Source of the DNA: Bacilli bacterium
Lineage (GTDB): Bacteria > Bacillota_I > Bacilli_A > ML615J-28 > CAG-313
Reading direction: 5' to 3'
Assembly (NCBI GenBank): GCA_045536365.1
Contig: JAZSNL010000014.1
Location: 19,473-83,472, forward strand
DNA length: 64,000 nucleotides
Notes under the pieces: model-generated
Database searches by the model: none
What the model saw: only the letters and a program-made list of their open reading frames with translations
What the model was told of the DNA's origin: nothing
In this document: positions 8,627 to 18,609 of the stretch, in pieces
How the letters are laid out: each line of letters starts with the position of its first letter
Position numbering within the stretch: position 1 is the first letter of the stretch
Position numbers and translations under genes: made by a program

Positions 8627-10551
8627 TATTTACTTTTTATTATTAGTTTACATAGTAGATCAGAAAATCTTACTGGATTTTCTATTTTTAATCCTTCAAT
8701 TAATAACGCTTGATTATATAATAACCACGCAATATCATTAATTTCATCAGGATTTTCATTATATATTTCTTCTAAAGCTTGAAATAAATCATGATAAGGA
8801 TTTATCTCTAATATTCTATCTGCTTTAATTTCTTCACCGTCTGCTGATTCTGCTAATACTTTTTCCATTTCAAAGGAAATTCCTTCTCCTGCAGATAAAC
8901 ATACTGGTGAATCAGTTAATCTTTTAGAAATAATAACATCTTTTACAAGATCTTTTAGTGCTGTTTTTAACGCATTTAATAGATCTTTTTTAGATTCTTT
9001 TATTTCTTCTATTTTTTGATCTTCTTCATCATTTAATAATTCATCTAATTCATCTTGATTAATTGCTTTAAAATTATAATCTTGATATGTTCCTAATATT
9101 TTCATAATAAATTCATCAATATCATCTTTTAATATTAATACATCATATCCATGTTTTTTAATTAAATCCATTTGTGGCATCGCAGAAACGTCTTCTTTTG
9201 ATTTAGCGGAAACGTAATATATTGCTTTTTGATTTTCTAACATATTTTCAATGTATTTTTTAAATGATACTTTTGTGTCTGAATTTAATGTTTCATAAAT
9301 TAATAAATCTTGTAAAAGATCTTTTTTTGCACCATAATTTTCATAAATACCAAATTTTAAATTAATTCCATATTGTTCAAAGAATTCATTATATTTATCA
9401 AAGTCATCAGTCATTAAACTTGATAAACGATTAATAATTTTCTTTTCTATATTTTTAGCCATTTGTGATAATACTTTGTTTTGTTGTAACATTTCACGAC
9501 TAATATTTAAAGCTAAATCATTTGAATCAACAATACCTTTTATAAATCTTAAATAATCAGGTAATAATTCTTTACATTTATCCATTATAAAGATACCTTT
9601 AGAATATAATTGTAATCCTTTTTCATAAGAATTAGAGTTTAAATTGAAAGGTGCTGTTTTAGGAACAAATATTAACGCATTGTAATTAATATTACCTTCT
9701 ACATTAAACATTAAATATAATAATGGTTCTTCGTATTCTGAAAACTTTTGCATATAGAAATCATTAACTAATTCATCAGTTACATCTTTCTTTGCTTTTT
9801 TCCAAATAGGAATCATTGAATTTAGTGTTTCTTCAACTATTTCAGTTTCATATTTTCCTTCAATAATATCACCATTTTCATCTAAAACAGGTTTTTGTTT
9901 TTCAACAAACATTGTGATTGGATATCTTATATAATCAGAATATTTTTTAACTAATTGTTTAATACGATATTCACTCAAATATTGATCATAATCATAATCT
10001 TCAGTGTTAGTTTTTAAATATAGTGTTATTTTAGAACCTGGATTAGCTTCTTTGATTTGTTCTACTGTATAAGTTTCACTGCCTTCAGAAGTAAATAAAT
10101 AAGCAGATTCATCAAAATATGATTTTGTTTCAACTGTTACTTTTCTTGCAACCATAAATGCTGAATAAAAGCCAACACCAAATTGTCCTATTGATTCTAA
10201 ATCAGGATTACCTGCTCCTTCTTTTTCTTTTTCTAGTTTTTCCATAAAAGCTAAAGTACCAGATTTTGCAATAGTACCAAGATTATCGTTTATTTCATCA
10301 TATGTCATACCTATTCCATTATCAGAAATAGTAATAGTTCTTAATTCTTTATTAATTTCAATATGTATTTTATATTTATCTCTTTTTGGTACATCTTGAT
10401 TAGTTAATGTTAAATAATGATATTTATCAACCGCATCAGATGCATTTGATAATAATTCCCTTAAGAATATTTCTTGATTTGTATAAATCGAATTAATCAT
10501 TAAATCTAATAATCTTTTCGATTCTGTTTTAAACTCTTTTACTTCCTTCAT
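8626..10551 (-). CDS. htpG: molecular chaperone HtpG (Hsp90)
   Basis: 641 aa. N-terminal ESKRLLDLMINSIYTNQEIFLRELLSNASDAVDK ATPase (GHKL) signature. Length and middle/C-terminal domains are typical. Confidence 0.9.
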   Translation of the reverse strand: MKEVKEFKTESKRLLDLMINSIYTNQEIFLRELLSNASDAVDKYHYLTLTNQDVPKRDKYKIHIEINKELRTITISDNGIGMTYDEINDNLGTIAKSGTLAFMEKLEKEKEGAGNPDLESIGQFGVGFYSAFMVARKVTVETKSYFDESAYLFTSEGSETYTVEQIKEANPGSKITLYLKTNTEDYDYDQYLSEYRIKQLVKKYSDYIRYPITMFVEKQKPVLDENGDIIEGKYETEIVEETLNSMIPIWKKAKKDVTDELVNDFYMQKFSEYEEPLLYLMFNVEGNINYNALIFVPKTAPFNLNSNSYEKGLQLYSKGIFIMDKCKELLPDYLRFIKGIVDSNDLALNISREMLQQNKVLSQMAKNIEKKIINRLSSLMTDDFDKYNEFFEQYGINLKFGIYENYGAKKDLLQDLLIYETLNSDTKVSFKKYIENMLENQKAIYYVSAKSKEDVSAMPQMDLIKKHGYDVLILKDDIDEFIMKILGTYQDYNFKAINQDELDELLNDEEDQKIEEIKESKKDLLNALKTALKDLVKDVIISKRLTDSPVCLSAGEGISFEMEKVLAESADGEEIKADRILEINPYHDLFQALEEIYNENPDEINDIAWLLYNQALLIEGLKIENPVRFSDLLCKLIIKSK

Positions 10552-11303
10552 TATTCTTCCCCTACATTTGATTCATATTTAAATGAATCCATTAATTTTA
10601 ATTTAAATAAGTTATTTTTATGTAATCTGTCAATTTTTTCCTTAATTTCCTTAGGAGGTTCAATTCCTTCTCTAATATATTGATCTAACATTTTGTAAGT
10701 AAAGCCTAAATTATCTTCATCTGTTTTACCACATAATCCATCAATAGGAGTTTTTTCAATAAATTTAGCAGGTATTCCTAATTCTCTACCAATTGAAATA
10801 ACTTCCGTAACAGTAAAATTTGATAAAGGACTAAAATCTCCTACAGAATCACCGTATCTAGTAGAATATCCTACCCAGTCTTCTGATAAATTACATGTAT
10901 TTACAACTCTGCCATTTTTACATTGTGATACTGCATAAATCGTTGACATTCTAATACGTGGTGGTAAATTGAATTTAGCTTGATCAGTAATTTTAATTGA
11001 TTCAGGAATATTTTTTAATACACCATCTACTGCATCTTTAATATTTACAACTACATAGTCAATTCCTAAGAATTCACATATTTCATATGAATAATTAATA
11101 TCAAATTGATCACCTTGTGGCATTAATACACCAAATACACGTTCTTTACCAAGAGCAGCAACGCAAATTCCTGCAGCAACACTACTATCTTTTCCACCTG
11201 AGATACCAATTACCGCATTACATCCTTTTCCGTTTTCTTCAAACCAATTTCTTACCCATTCTACACATTTATTCATTGCGTCTTTAGCGTCAAATTTATA
11301 CAT
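10551..11303 (-). CDS. nadE: NH3-dependent NAD+ synthetase
   Basis: 250 aa. PP-loop SGGKDSS (GISGGKDSSV). Length and architecture of ammonia-dependent NadE. Confidence 0.8.
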   Translation of the reverse strand: MYKFDAKDAMNKCVEWVRNWFEENGKGCNAVIGISGGKDSSVAAGICVAALGKERVFGVLMPQGDQFDINYSYEICEFLGIDYVVVNIKDAVDGVLKNIPESIKITDQAKFNLPPRIRMSTIYAVSQCKNGRVVNTCNLSEDWVGYSTRYGDSVGDFSPLSNFTVTEVISIGRELGIPAKFIEKTPIDGLCGKTDEDNLGFTYKMLDQYIREGIEPPKEIKEKIDRLHKNNLFKLKLMDSFKYESNVGEE

Positions 11304-11312
11304 AACACACCT

Positions 11313-12413
11313 CTATTTTTTTGATAATATTATTAATGGTACTTCTAATTCATCAATTGTTGTTCCTGCGTGATGTCCAATAAAAGGAACACTCGAATTT
11401 TGATTAAAAATAAAATATTTTTTTGTTTTACTAACCGCAAGATAATCTCCCATAGAGATATTTGTTGATTGATGAGGAATACCATATCCATAAATATTTA
11501 AATCTAGTACTTCTTGTTTATTAAATAACATATAATCATTACTAAAGTATTGATTAAATTTCTTTTCAAATTCTTCTTTTTTGTTTTCTTTCACATGAAA
11601 TATAGTTGCACGAGCTTCTGCAGATGGTAATCTATCTAAACAATCAAGAATATCTTGATATTCATATAGATTTAAAGGTTCGATATCTACTTGTCCATGA
11701 TCCGCAACTATAACAATTAAAGTGTCTTGATTCATTGAATGATAGAACTTTTCTAATTCATCATTCATTTTTTTAATAAGTTCTTTTACATTTTTACTAT
11801 TAGTACCCTCTTCATGCATTAAAGCATCAGGATTATCCCAATAAAAATATGTAAAAGTAGGATTATCTTTATTTATTCTTTTATTCAAAGCATCTAATGC
11901 TTCATTAAAAGTTTTATAGCCATTTTCTCTAAAAGATGGATAAATATCATCAGCATCAAGATTTTCAATATCTGACCAAAAATTTTTAAATCCAATAATA
12001 TCATTTACTTTTAAAGAATCATATTTTACATCTTGATAATAATCTAAATTAGTAAATAAAGTAAGAGAAGGATCTTCACAAGAAAGATATAAATGCCAAC
12101 CTAACCACCCATGTTCAATAGGAGTTAATCCCGTTGTTACAGATGTTGTTGCAGCAACGGTAGTAGGTGGAAAAACACTACTTATATTATCAATCATTTT
12201 TTGATTTAAAAAATCATCTTTTGATAAATTCTTTTCTAAAATTTTTGTTCCAAGTCCATCTAATAACATTAAAACAATATGTTGGTAATTTTTATCTAAT
12301 TCATTATCTAATAATTTTAAAGTTTGATGATGAATTTTATTACCATAATATTTAATTAATGAGTTACTTACTGATATTAGACTATTATTATAATCAACAT
12401 TTATCTTTTTCAT
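11313..12413 (-). CDS. alkaline-phosphatase superfamily protein, nucleotide pyrophosphatase/phosphodiesterase (NPP)-like
   Basis: 366 aa. MLLDGLG, FPPTTVAATTSVTTGLTPIEHG (AlkP-core metal/nucleophile Thr motif) and VADHGQ. RBS aggag 6 nt before the ATG. Confidence 0.65.
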   Translation of the reverse strand: MKKINVDYNNSLISVSNSLIKYYGNKIHHQTLKLLDNELDKNYQHIVLMLLDGLGTKILEKNLSKDDFLNQKMIDNISSVFPPTTVAATTSVTTGLTPIEHGWLGWHLYLSCEDPSLTLFTNLDYYQDVKYDSLKVNDIIGFKNFWSDIENLDADDIYPSFRENGYKTFNEALDALNKRINKDNPTFTYFYWDNPDALMHEEGTNSKNVKELIKKMNDELEKFYHSMNQDTLIVIVADHGQVDIEPLNLYEYQDILDCLDRLPSAEARATIFHVKENKKEEFEKKFNQYFSNDYMLFNKQEVLDLNIYGYGIPHQSTNISMGDYLAVSKTKKYFIFNQNSSVPFIGHHAGTTIDELEVPLIILSKK

Positions 12414-12420
12414 AATAACT

Positions 12421-12462
12421 CCTTACTAGCACACAAATAGTTTCGACGTGACTTGTATGTAC
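12421..12462 (-). pseudogene. remnant of an rlmD/RumA-family methyltransferase 3' end (14 codons, VHTSHVETICVLVR)
   Basis: The minus-strand reading gives VHTSHVETICVLVR, versus PHTSHVECIVCLTRK at the true C-terminus of the intact rlmD 0.9 kb upstream (13378-13422). About 30/42 nt identical, including the 15-mer acgtgacttgtatgt. Confidence 0.5.
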
Positions 12463-12482
12463 AATGTTAATAGGTATGTTTT

Positions 12483-13289
12483 TTATTTTCTTAATTCTTC
12501 TAGTTTAGCGTGATATTTATTAGGTTTAGAATATTGACCAATATAAGGTATATATTTTTCATATGATTCTAGGATTTTCAAAGCTTCTTCTTTCGTATTT
12601 TCATTTATAATATCATTAAATAAATGAACTATCGCCATATGGAAATCTTTTTCTAAAGCTAATTTAAAATATTTCTTAGCTATATTTATATTTTCTTTAT
12701 CAAAAGCTCTAATTAATAATTCATTAAGCTCAACACTAACTTCATAGTAACGACCTAAAAAATAATATGCCATACCACTTTCTTTTTGATTGCTGTTTTC
12801 TGCAACATATAATAGTCTTTGAATAATGTCTTCAATATTATCTAATTTATAAGATGAATTTTGAGGATCAATAGTATATTGAACTGCTAAACATCCTAAT
12901 GCAATGACATCATTTTTTAATGCTTCTTTTTGTAGAGTCTCTATAATTAAATCATCATAAATAATATGATAATCATTAGTACCACCATCATATGGATCAT
13001 CTTCAGTTTTAACTACATAATACTTTTTTTGTTCCTCTTTTGGAACATTATTTATCATATCGTAATATACTGCTAAATGATGCATTGTATGATCTACAGA
13101 AGAGTTATATGTGTATGGATCATTAAAAGGTCTGCCATATTCTAGAAAACAAATGACTTTTAATTCAACATTTCTTCTCATATCTTTTAATGTATTACCA
13201 TCCATTTCAGTTGGAATTATAGCACTGCCATACGCTTTTTGATATTTACCTTCCTGTTCATAGATAATTGTTTGTTTTATATTGTTCAT
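12483..13289 (-). CDS. hypothetical protein (268 aa), no recognisable catalytic motif; C-terminal half helical, TPR/Sel1-like
   Basis: Intact ORF with RBS ggagag 6 nt before the ATG. Lies between the intact rlmD and the rlmD-like 3' remnant. Confidence 0.55.
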   Translation of the reverse strand: MNNIKQTIIYEQEGKYQKAYGSAIIPTEMDGNTLKDMRRNVELKVICFLEYGRPFNDPYTYNSSVDHTMHHLAVYYDMINNVPKEEQKKYYVVKTEDDPYDGGTNDYHIIYDDLIIETLQKEALKNDVIALGCLAVQYTIDPQNSSYKLDNIEDIIQRLLYVAENSNQKESGMAYYFLGRYYEVSVELNELLIRAFDKENINIAKKYFKLALEKDFHMAIVHLFNDIINENTKEEALKILESYEKYIPYIGQYSKPNKYHAKLEELRK

Positions 13290-13377
13290 AACATTCTCTC
13301 CTCATCTCGTTCAATCTCATTATTCTCTATACTAATTTTATAAATACTAGATAGTTCGATTTTAAGGTCTTAATAGC

Positions 13378-14721
13378 TTATTTTCTTGTCAGACAAACGA
13401 TGCATTCAACGTGACTTGTATGTGGGAACATATCAACAGGTTGAATATAAGTAATATTGTATTTACCTTTTAATATTAATTTCAAATCATCAGTTAGTGT
13501 ATCAGGATTACAAGAAATATAAATTATTTTTTTAGGTGAAAGTCTTAATAACGAGTTAATAAATCTTTCATCCGATCCTTTTCTTGGAGGATCCATAATA
13601 ACAACATCAACATTTTCTCTTGCTTTTGCAAGATTAACCATAAAGTTACTTGCGTCATCACAAAAGAATTTAATATTTTTTACATTATTTGTTTTCGCAT
13701 TATCAATCGCATCATTAACTGCATCTTTAACTATTTCGACACTTAATACTTGTTTTACATAATCAGATGCAATAATACCAATTGTACCTACTCCACAATA
13801 TGTATCTAATACAACATCTTCTTTATTTAATTTTGCCGCTTCTATTGCAAGTTTATATAATTTAGCTGTTTGAACAGAATTAATTTGATAAAAAGATTTT
13901 GATGAAATTTTAAATTTCTTATTAAGTAAAATATCATAAATATATCCTTTACCATATAAAACAGTTTCATTTTCTCCTAGTACTGCACTTGTTGAACGAT
14001 TATTAATATTTTGAATAATAGTAGTTATTTCCGGATGAATTGATACTAATTTTTTAATAAAATTAGTTCTTCCAGGAAATACTGTACTTGCAATAACAAA
14101 TACAACCATTACTTCTTTTGTTTGATTAGATCTTTTAACTAAAATATGACGAATTAATCCTGTTTTTCGATCTTCATCAAACGCATTAATTTTCATTTCA
14201 ACCATTAACTTTTTAATTGTTTTAACAATTTTATCACTAACTTCATCTTGAATATAACACGTATCAAAATTAATAACACTATGTGTTCCTTCTTGATAAA
14301 ATCCACTGATAATTCTTTCTTTTGTATTTGTATTTTTAAATACAATTTGATTTTTATTACGGTAGTGACATGGATTTTCCATACCTACTGTTAATAAAAC
14401 TCCCTTTGACATACCTAATTTTTCTTTAAAAAGATTTTGAACGTGTTCTTGTTTGATTCTTAATTGTTCATTATAATCAATATGAAGTAAAGAACATCCT
14501 CCACATTTTTGGTATATCGGACATAGAGGTTTAACTCTATACTTTGATGGTTTAACTACTTTTCTTAAATTAGCTGTCTTATTTTTACCGTTAATTACTT
14601 CAACCTCAACTAATTCATCCAAAATAGTACCTTTAACAGGATAACTGTTACGGTTGATACTAACACAGCCACGAAGGTCTTTATTGTACTTATCAACTTT
14701 TACTGTCTTAATATCAGCCAT
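13378..14721 (-). CDS. rlmD: 23S rRNA (uracil-C5)-methyltransferase RlmD/RumA family (TRAM + Fe-S + SAM MTase)
   Basis: 447 aa. N-terminal TRAM domain, Cys cluster CPIYQKCGGCSLLH, SAM-binding DTYCGVGTIG, catalytic region and C-terminal DMFPHTSHVE motif. Confidence 0.85.
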   Translation of the reverse strand: MADIKTVKVDKYNKDLRGCVSINRNSYPVKGTILDELVEVEVINGKNKTANLRKVVKPSKYRVKPLCPIYQKCGGCSLLHIDYNEQLRIKQEHVQNLFKEKLGMSKGVLLTVGMENPCHYRNKNQIVFKNTNTKERIISGFYQEGTHSVINFDTCYIQDEVSDKIVKTIKKLMVEMKINAFDEDRKTGLIRHILVKRSNQTKEVMVVFVIASTVFPGRTNFIKKLVSIHPEITTIIQNINNRSTSAVLGENETVLYGKGYIYDILLNKKFKISSKSFYQINSVQTAKLYKLAIEAAKLNKEDVVLDTYCGVGTIGIIASDYVKQVLSVEIVKDAVNDAIDNAKTNNVKNIKFFCDDASNFMVNLAKARENVDVVIMDPPRKGSDERFINSLLRLSPKKIIYISCNPDTLTDDLKLILKGKYNITYIQPVDMFPHTSHVECIVCLTRK

Positions 14722-14729
14722 ATTTCCTC

Positions 14730-15962
14730 CTATTTTTTGTTTTTATAAACTCTTAACGCATCTATAGCTTGAACAAATTCAACAACTGCATTAGGTTGTT
14801 TATCACACATAACTTTAAATTTACCTTCTTCATCACCTGTAATTTCAAAATGAACATTAGGTTTCCAAGGTAATTGGAATATTCTTTCCAAATTAAATTC
14901 TTTATGATATTGATTACCTAAAGTATCAATACCTTCAAAATAAAACACATCATTTGTTAAAATAATTTTACCTTTTGCAAATTCTTCCATCTTCCATGGT
15001 TCATTAATGTTACGATACAAAGTACAATCTCTTTCTAAATGAAGAGTACCTTTTTCAATTTGTTTATATAATAAATTTGTCTCCCATTTATACCATTCTT
15101 CTTCATTAACAAAACGAACATTATTAACACTTGCCGATTCCATTACACCATATTCATTGAAATATACTTTATTATTACATTCAGTACACCAGAAATGATG
15201 TTTTTCACTAACGATTTTATACTCACTTCGACATTTTGGACATACATATAAAATATTTTCAATTCCAGCAGCACGTGCTTTACTTCTAATTTTAATTTTA
15301 TTTACATCTTGTTCTTTTATATCATGAACATTAATAGAATCACAGATTCTTTGGTATATTTCTTCATCTGATAATGTAGCAATATCTTCTTTTTTAATAA
15401 CTGTAACAAATTTAGTTCTTACTTTAGCTTTTCTTTTTGCAGTTGACCATTTAGGGTAAGATAAATAATTACCTCTTATTTGAATTGCAAAAACATTAGC
15501 TTTACATAAACGAACTAATTTAACAATTGCAGGATCAATAAAAATCATGCCCCCATGTACTGTTATTTGTCCCGCTGGTGCAATCGCAACCATTTTTTTA
15601 TTTTCAATAGCACGTTTCATTAATTTAATTGAAGCCATATCTGCAGAAAATTGATCTTTTGGTAATGCGCAAACACCATTTAAAAAGTGTGATAAGAATT
15701 TGTTAAAATAAAAATACTTAGAAATTACATATTGAATATGTCTAGATACAGCAGCAGTAGACGCGAAATGGTCCATATTAGAAACATGATTATAAATTAA
15801 TAAACATCCTTCTTTATTACTGTTTACTTTAAACTCTTTACGATCACATTTATATCCATTTTTTAGAGCCATTATAATTTTTGAAGCTGTATTATAGATA
15901 AACCAATATAAGTAATTTGTTTTTTGAATTTTAATATTACTATTTGAATTTTTCTTAGACAT
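14730..15962 (-). CDS. lysophospholipid (1-acylglycerol-3-phosphate-type) acyltransferase family protein with C-terminal zinc-ribbon-containing extension
   Basis: 410 aa. HX4D motif NHVSNMD and PAGQ block of PlsC-like acyltransferases. C-terminal ~170 aa extension contains CPKCRSEYKIVSEKHHFWCTECNN (CxxC...CxxC). Confidence 0.6.
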   Translation of the reverse strand: MSKKNSNSNIKIQKTNYLYWFIYNTASKIIMALKNGYKCDRKEFKVNSNKEGCLLIYNHVSNMDHFASTAAVSRHIQYVISKYFYFNKFLSHFLNGVCALPKDQFSADMASIKLMKRAIENKKMVAIAPAGQITVHGGMIFIDPAIVKLVRLCKANVFAIQIRGNYLSYPKWSTAKRKAKVRTKFVTVIKKEDIATLSDEEIYQRICDSINVHDIKEQDVNKIKIRSKARAAGIENILYVCPKCRSEYKIVSEKHHFWCTECNNKVYFNEYGVMESASVNNVRFVNEEEWYKWETNLLYKQIEKGTLHLERDCTLYRNINEPWKMEEFAKGKIILTNDVFYFEGIDTLGNQYHKEFNLERIFQLPWKPNVHFEITGDEEGKFKVMCDKQPNAVVEFVQAIDALRVYKNKK

Positions 15963-16152
15963 TTTCTATCTCCTTTTTTAAAACCATTCTCCCCTATTAT
16001 AGTATATTATACTACAAATTGCCTTTTTTGTAAAACAAAACAAACGATAAAGAAAAAAAATAAATAAATTATTTTATACCTATTTATTTTTCATCTTCTC
16101 ACAAATCGATTTTTTAAACCTATTCGACATAAATTTTATGATAAAACAAATA

Positions 16153-16187
16153 AAAAAATGACTAAATTTAAAATTTAGTCATTTTTA
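16153..16187. terminator. intrinsic terminator downstream of the ABC exporter operon (minus strand)
   Basis: Perfect inverted repeat aaaaatgactaaattt/aaatttagtcattttt, with a T-run on the minus-strand side. Confidence 0.6.
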
Positions 16188-16218
16188 TTCATTAATATTA
16201 TTAAACAAATATTTCCTA

Positions 16219-18609
16219 TTAGATTTGATTACCAGCAAACTGAGTTTGATATAAAGTATAATAAATTCCTTGTTTTTCAAGCAGTTCTTCATGACGTCCA
16301 ATTTCAACAATTTCACCATGGTCTAATACTACAATCTTATCGGCATCTCTGATTGTTGATAATCTATGAGCAATAATCAAACTTGTTCTATTCTTCATTA
16401 ATTGAACCATACCATCTTGAATATTCTTTTCTGTTCTAGTATCAACACTTGAAGTAGCTTCGTCTAAAATTAAGATTTTAGGATCAGCTAAAATTGCTCT
16501 CGCGATAGAAATCAATTGTCTTTGACCACCACTTAGATTACTACCAGATTCACTTAAAACAGTTTCATATTGTTCAGGTAATAATTCAATAAATTTATCA
16601 CAATTACTCAACTTGGCAGCACGATAAACTTCTTCATCAGTCGCTTCTAAATTACCATATTTAATATTATTTTTAACACTATTTTTAAATAACACTGTAT
16701 CTTGTAATACAATCGCAATTGCATTACGTAGACTTTCTTTTGAATAATTAGTTATATCTTCTCCACCAATTAGGATTTTACCACTGTTAATTTCATAGAA
16801 TCTCATTAGCAAATTAACTACTGTTGTTTTACCACTACCTGTTGCTCCTACTAAAGCAATTTTTTGTCCTGGTTCAATTGTTAAATTAAAGTTTTTAAGA
16901 ACAGGTTCTCCTTCTACATATGAGAAATTAACATCTTTAAATTCAATTGTATCAACTGCCTCTTCTTCAGTTAATTCAAGAGTTCCATCATTAACTTCAA
17001 CACTTTCATCTAACACTGCAAATACTCTTTCTGCAGCTGCTAAACTAGATTGAATTTGTGAATATAAGTTTGCAATCATATTAATAGGTCTAGTAAATTG
17101 TCTAGAAAGATTAGTGAATGTAATAATTAAACCAGTTGTTAAATTATTAATTCCTAAGAATACGAACAACGCACCAAATCCTACAATTAATAAGTAACCA
17201 ATATTACCAATAATATTCATTAAAGGTCCCATTGCTCCACCAAATAAACTAGCTTTAAAGCCAAATAATCTTAAATATCCACTAATTTCATTAAATTTAG
17301 CTTCAACATCTTCTTCCTTACCATAAGCAGCTACTGTCTTATGACCCACTACCATTTCTTCAACTTGTGCATTTAACTCACCAATTAATGCTTGTTGAAC
17401 ACGGTAATATTTTCTCATAATCTTTGTAAGTGCCTTAGTAGTCACTAAAGTTAAACCTAAAGAAACGAAACTTAATAATGTTAGTAAAGGACTATAATAC
17501 ACCATTATCGCAAAAGCACCGATAATAGTAATAACTGATGAAATAAGTGAACTAATAGATTGTGAAATTGTATTTGTAATACTATCAACATCATTAGTCA
17601 TTCTACTCATTATATCACCATGTTTATTAGTATCAAAGAATCTAATTGGTAAATAAACAAGACGATCAAATAAATCTTTTCTCATTTTTCTAACTGTATT
17701 AAGTGATAAATAAGCAGATACAACAGAAGAAATACCAGTAAAAATAGAAGATAGGATATAAACAATCATCATAGTAATCAAAATACTTACTATTTTATTT
17801 GGATTTTTAGTACCTATAGAATAGTAACCAATTGTTTTACCATTTATTTCCCACTTATTATTTTCACCAACTCTAATTTCTAATTCTTCAATTGAAGAAT
17901 TATTAACGGATTGATATAAACGATAATTAGTTAGTTTGTTATTTATAACCAAATAACCATTTTGATTAACATCAATAACAAACTCTAAATTTTTACTTTT
18001 ATCATCCGCAGAATATGCTAAAAATTCAGTTGTTTCTCCATTAATAACAAAATAATAATCTTCATTAATACTTATTTTCATATCGCTAAAGATAATATCA
18101 CTACTAGACCCATTATATTTAGTTTCTACTTTAGAATTATTTGCAAGTAAATTACCGTTTTCATCTAATTTAAATTCTAAATCACTACTTACAACGATAG
18201 AGTCTATCGCATTACCTTGTAAGACAGGACTTATAAGAGATGCTGCAGAAGATAAGATAACAATTGCAAATATTGCAATTAAATATTTTTTATTAAAAGA
18301 TAAATATTTAACAAGTCTCTTTAAAGTACCTTTTTTATCCTTAGCTTTCTCCCCAAACATTCTTCCACCTGCAGGTCCTCTATTACCTCTTGCACGCATA
18401 AGTTCAAGATTACTCATCTTATTAGAATATTTATCTAATACTTCTTGTTCTAATTCTTTTCTTTCAATTCTTTTTTGTTTTCTTTCAACTCTTTTATTTT
18501 GTCTTTCTATAACTTTAGGATTATTTTTATGTTGATTAATTATCTTATTAACATCAAACCCTTTAGTTGATAAATATAAAACTAAACTAAATAACACAAG
18601 AAATAACAT
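16219..18609 (-). CDS. ABC exporter, fused permease/ATPase subunit (type I exporter, MsbA-like) with N-terminal basic extension and large extracytoplasmic insert
   Basis: 796 aa. Six-TM exporter domain plus NBD with Walker A GATGSGKTT, signature LSGGQRQ and Walker B ILILDEAT. A ~170-aa insert follows TM1. Confidence 0.85.
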   Translation of the reverse strand: MLFLVLFSLVLYLSTKGFDVNKIINQHKNNPKVIERQNKRVERKQKRIERKELEQEVLDKYSNKMSNLELMRARGNRGPAGGRMFGEKAKDKKGTLKRLVKYLSFNKKYLIAIFAIVILSSAASLISPVLQGNAIDSIVVSSDLEFKLDENGNLLANNSKVETKYNGSSSDIIFSDMKISINEDYYFVINGETTEFLAYSADDKSKNLEFVIDVNQNGYLVINNKLTNYRLYQSVNNSSIEELEIRVGENNKWEINGKTIGYYSIGTKNPNKIVSILITMMIVYILSSIFTGISSVVSAYLSLNTVRKMRKDLFDRLVYLPIRFFDTNKHGDIMSRMTNDVDSITNTISQSISSLISSVITIIGAFAIMVYYSPLLTLLSFVSLGLTLVTTKALTKIMRKYYRVQQALIGELNAQVEEMVVGHKTVAAYGKEEDVEAKFNEISGYLRLFGFKASLFGGAMGPLMNIIGNIGYLLIVGFGALFVFLGINNLTTGLIITFTNLSRQFTRPINMIANLYSQIQSSLAAAERVFAVLDESVEVNDGTLELTEEEAVDTIEFKDVNFSYVEGEPVLKNFNLTIEPGQKIALVGATGSGKTTVVNLLMRFYEINSGKILIGGEDITNYSKESLRNAIAIVLQDTVLFKNSVKNNIKYGNLEATDEEVYRAAKLSNCDKFIELLPEQYETVLSESGSNLSGGQRQLISIARAILADPKILILDEATSSVDTRTEKNIQDGMVQLMKNRTSLIIAHRLSTIRDADKIVVLDHGEIVEIGRHEELLEKQGIYYTLYQTQFAGNQI

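Noticed and set aside
12167-12355. 62-aa + strand ORF inside the phosphatase gene, and similar short antisense ORFs (21584-21781, 21797-22021, 22326-22574, 24221-24415, 24513-24719, 28120-28323, 28906-29172, 29260-29481, 30254-30448, 30646-30852, 36077-36415, 43028-43702 set, 46756-46941, 52129-52386, 53863-54057, 62525-62722)
   Set aside because: All lie within or antisense to longer, motif-supported CDSs in an AT-rich genome where stop-free antisense stretches arise by chance. None has a convincing RBS or recognisable motif.
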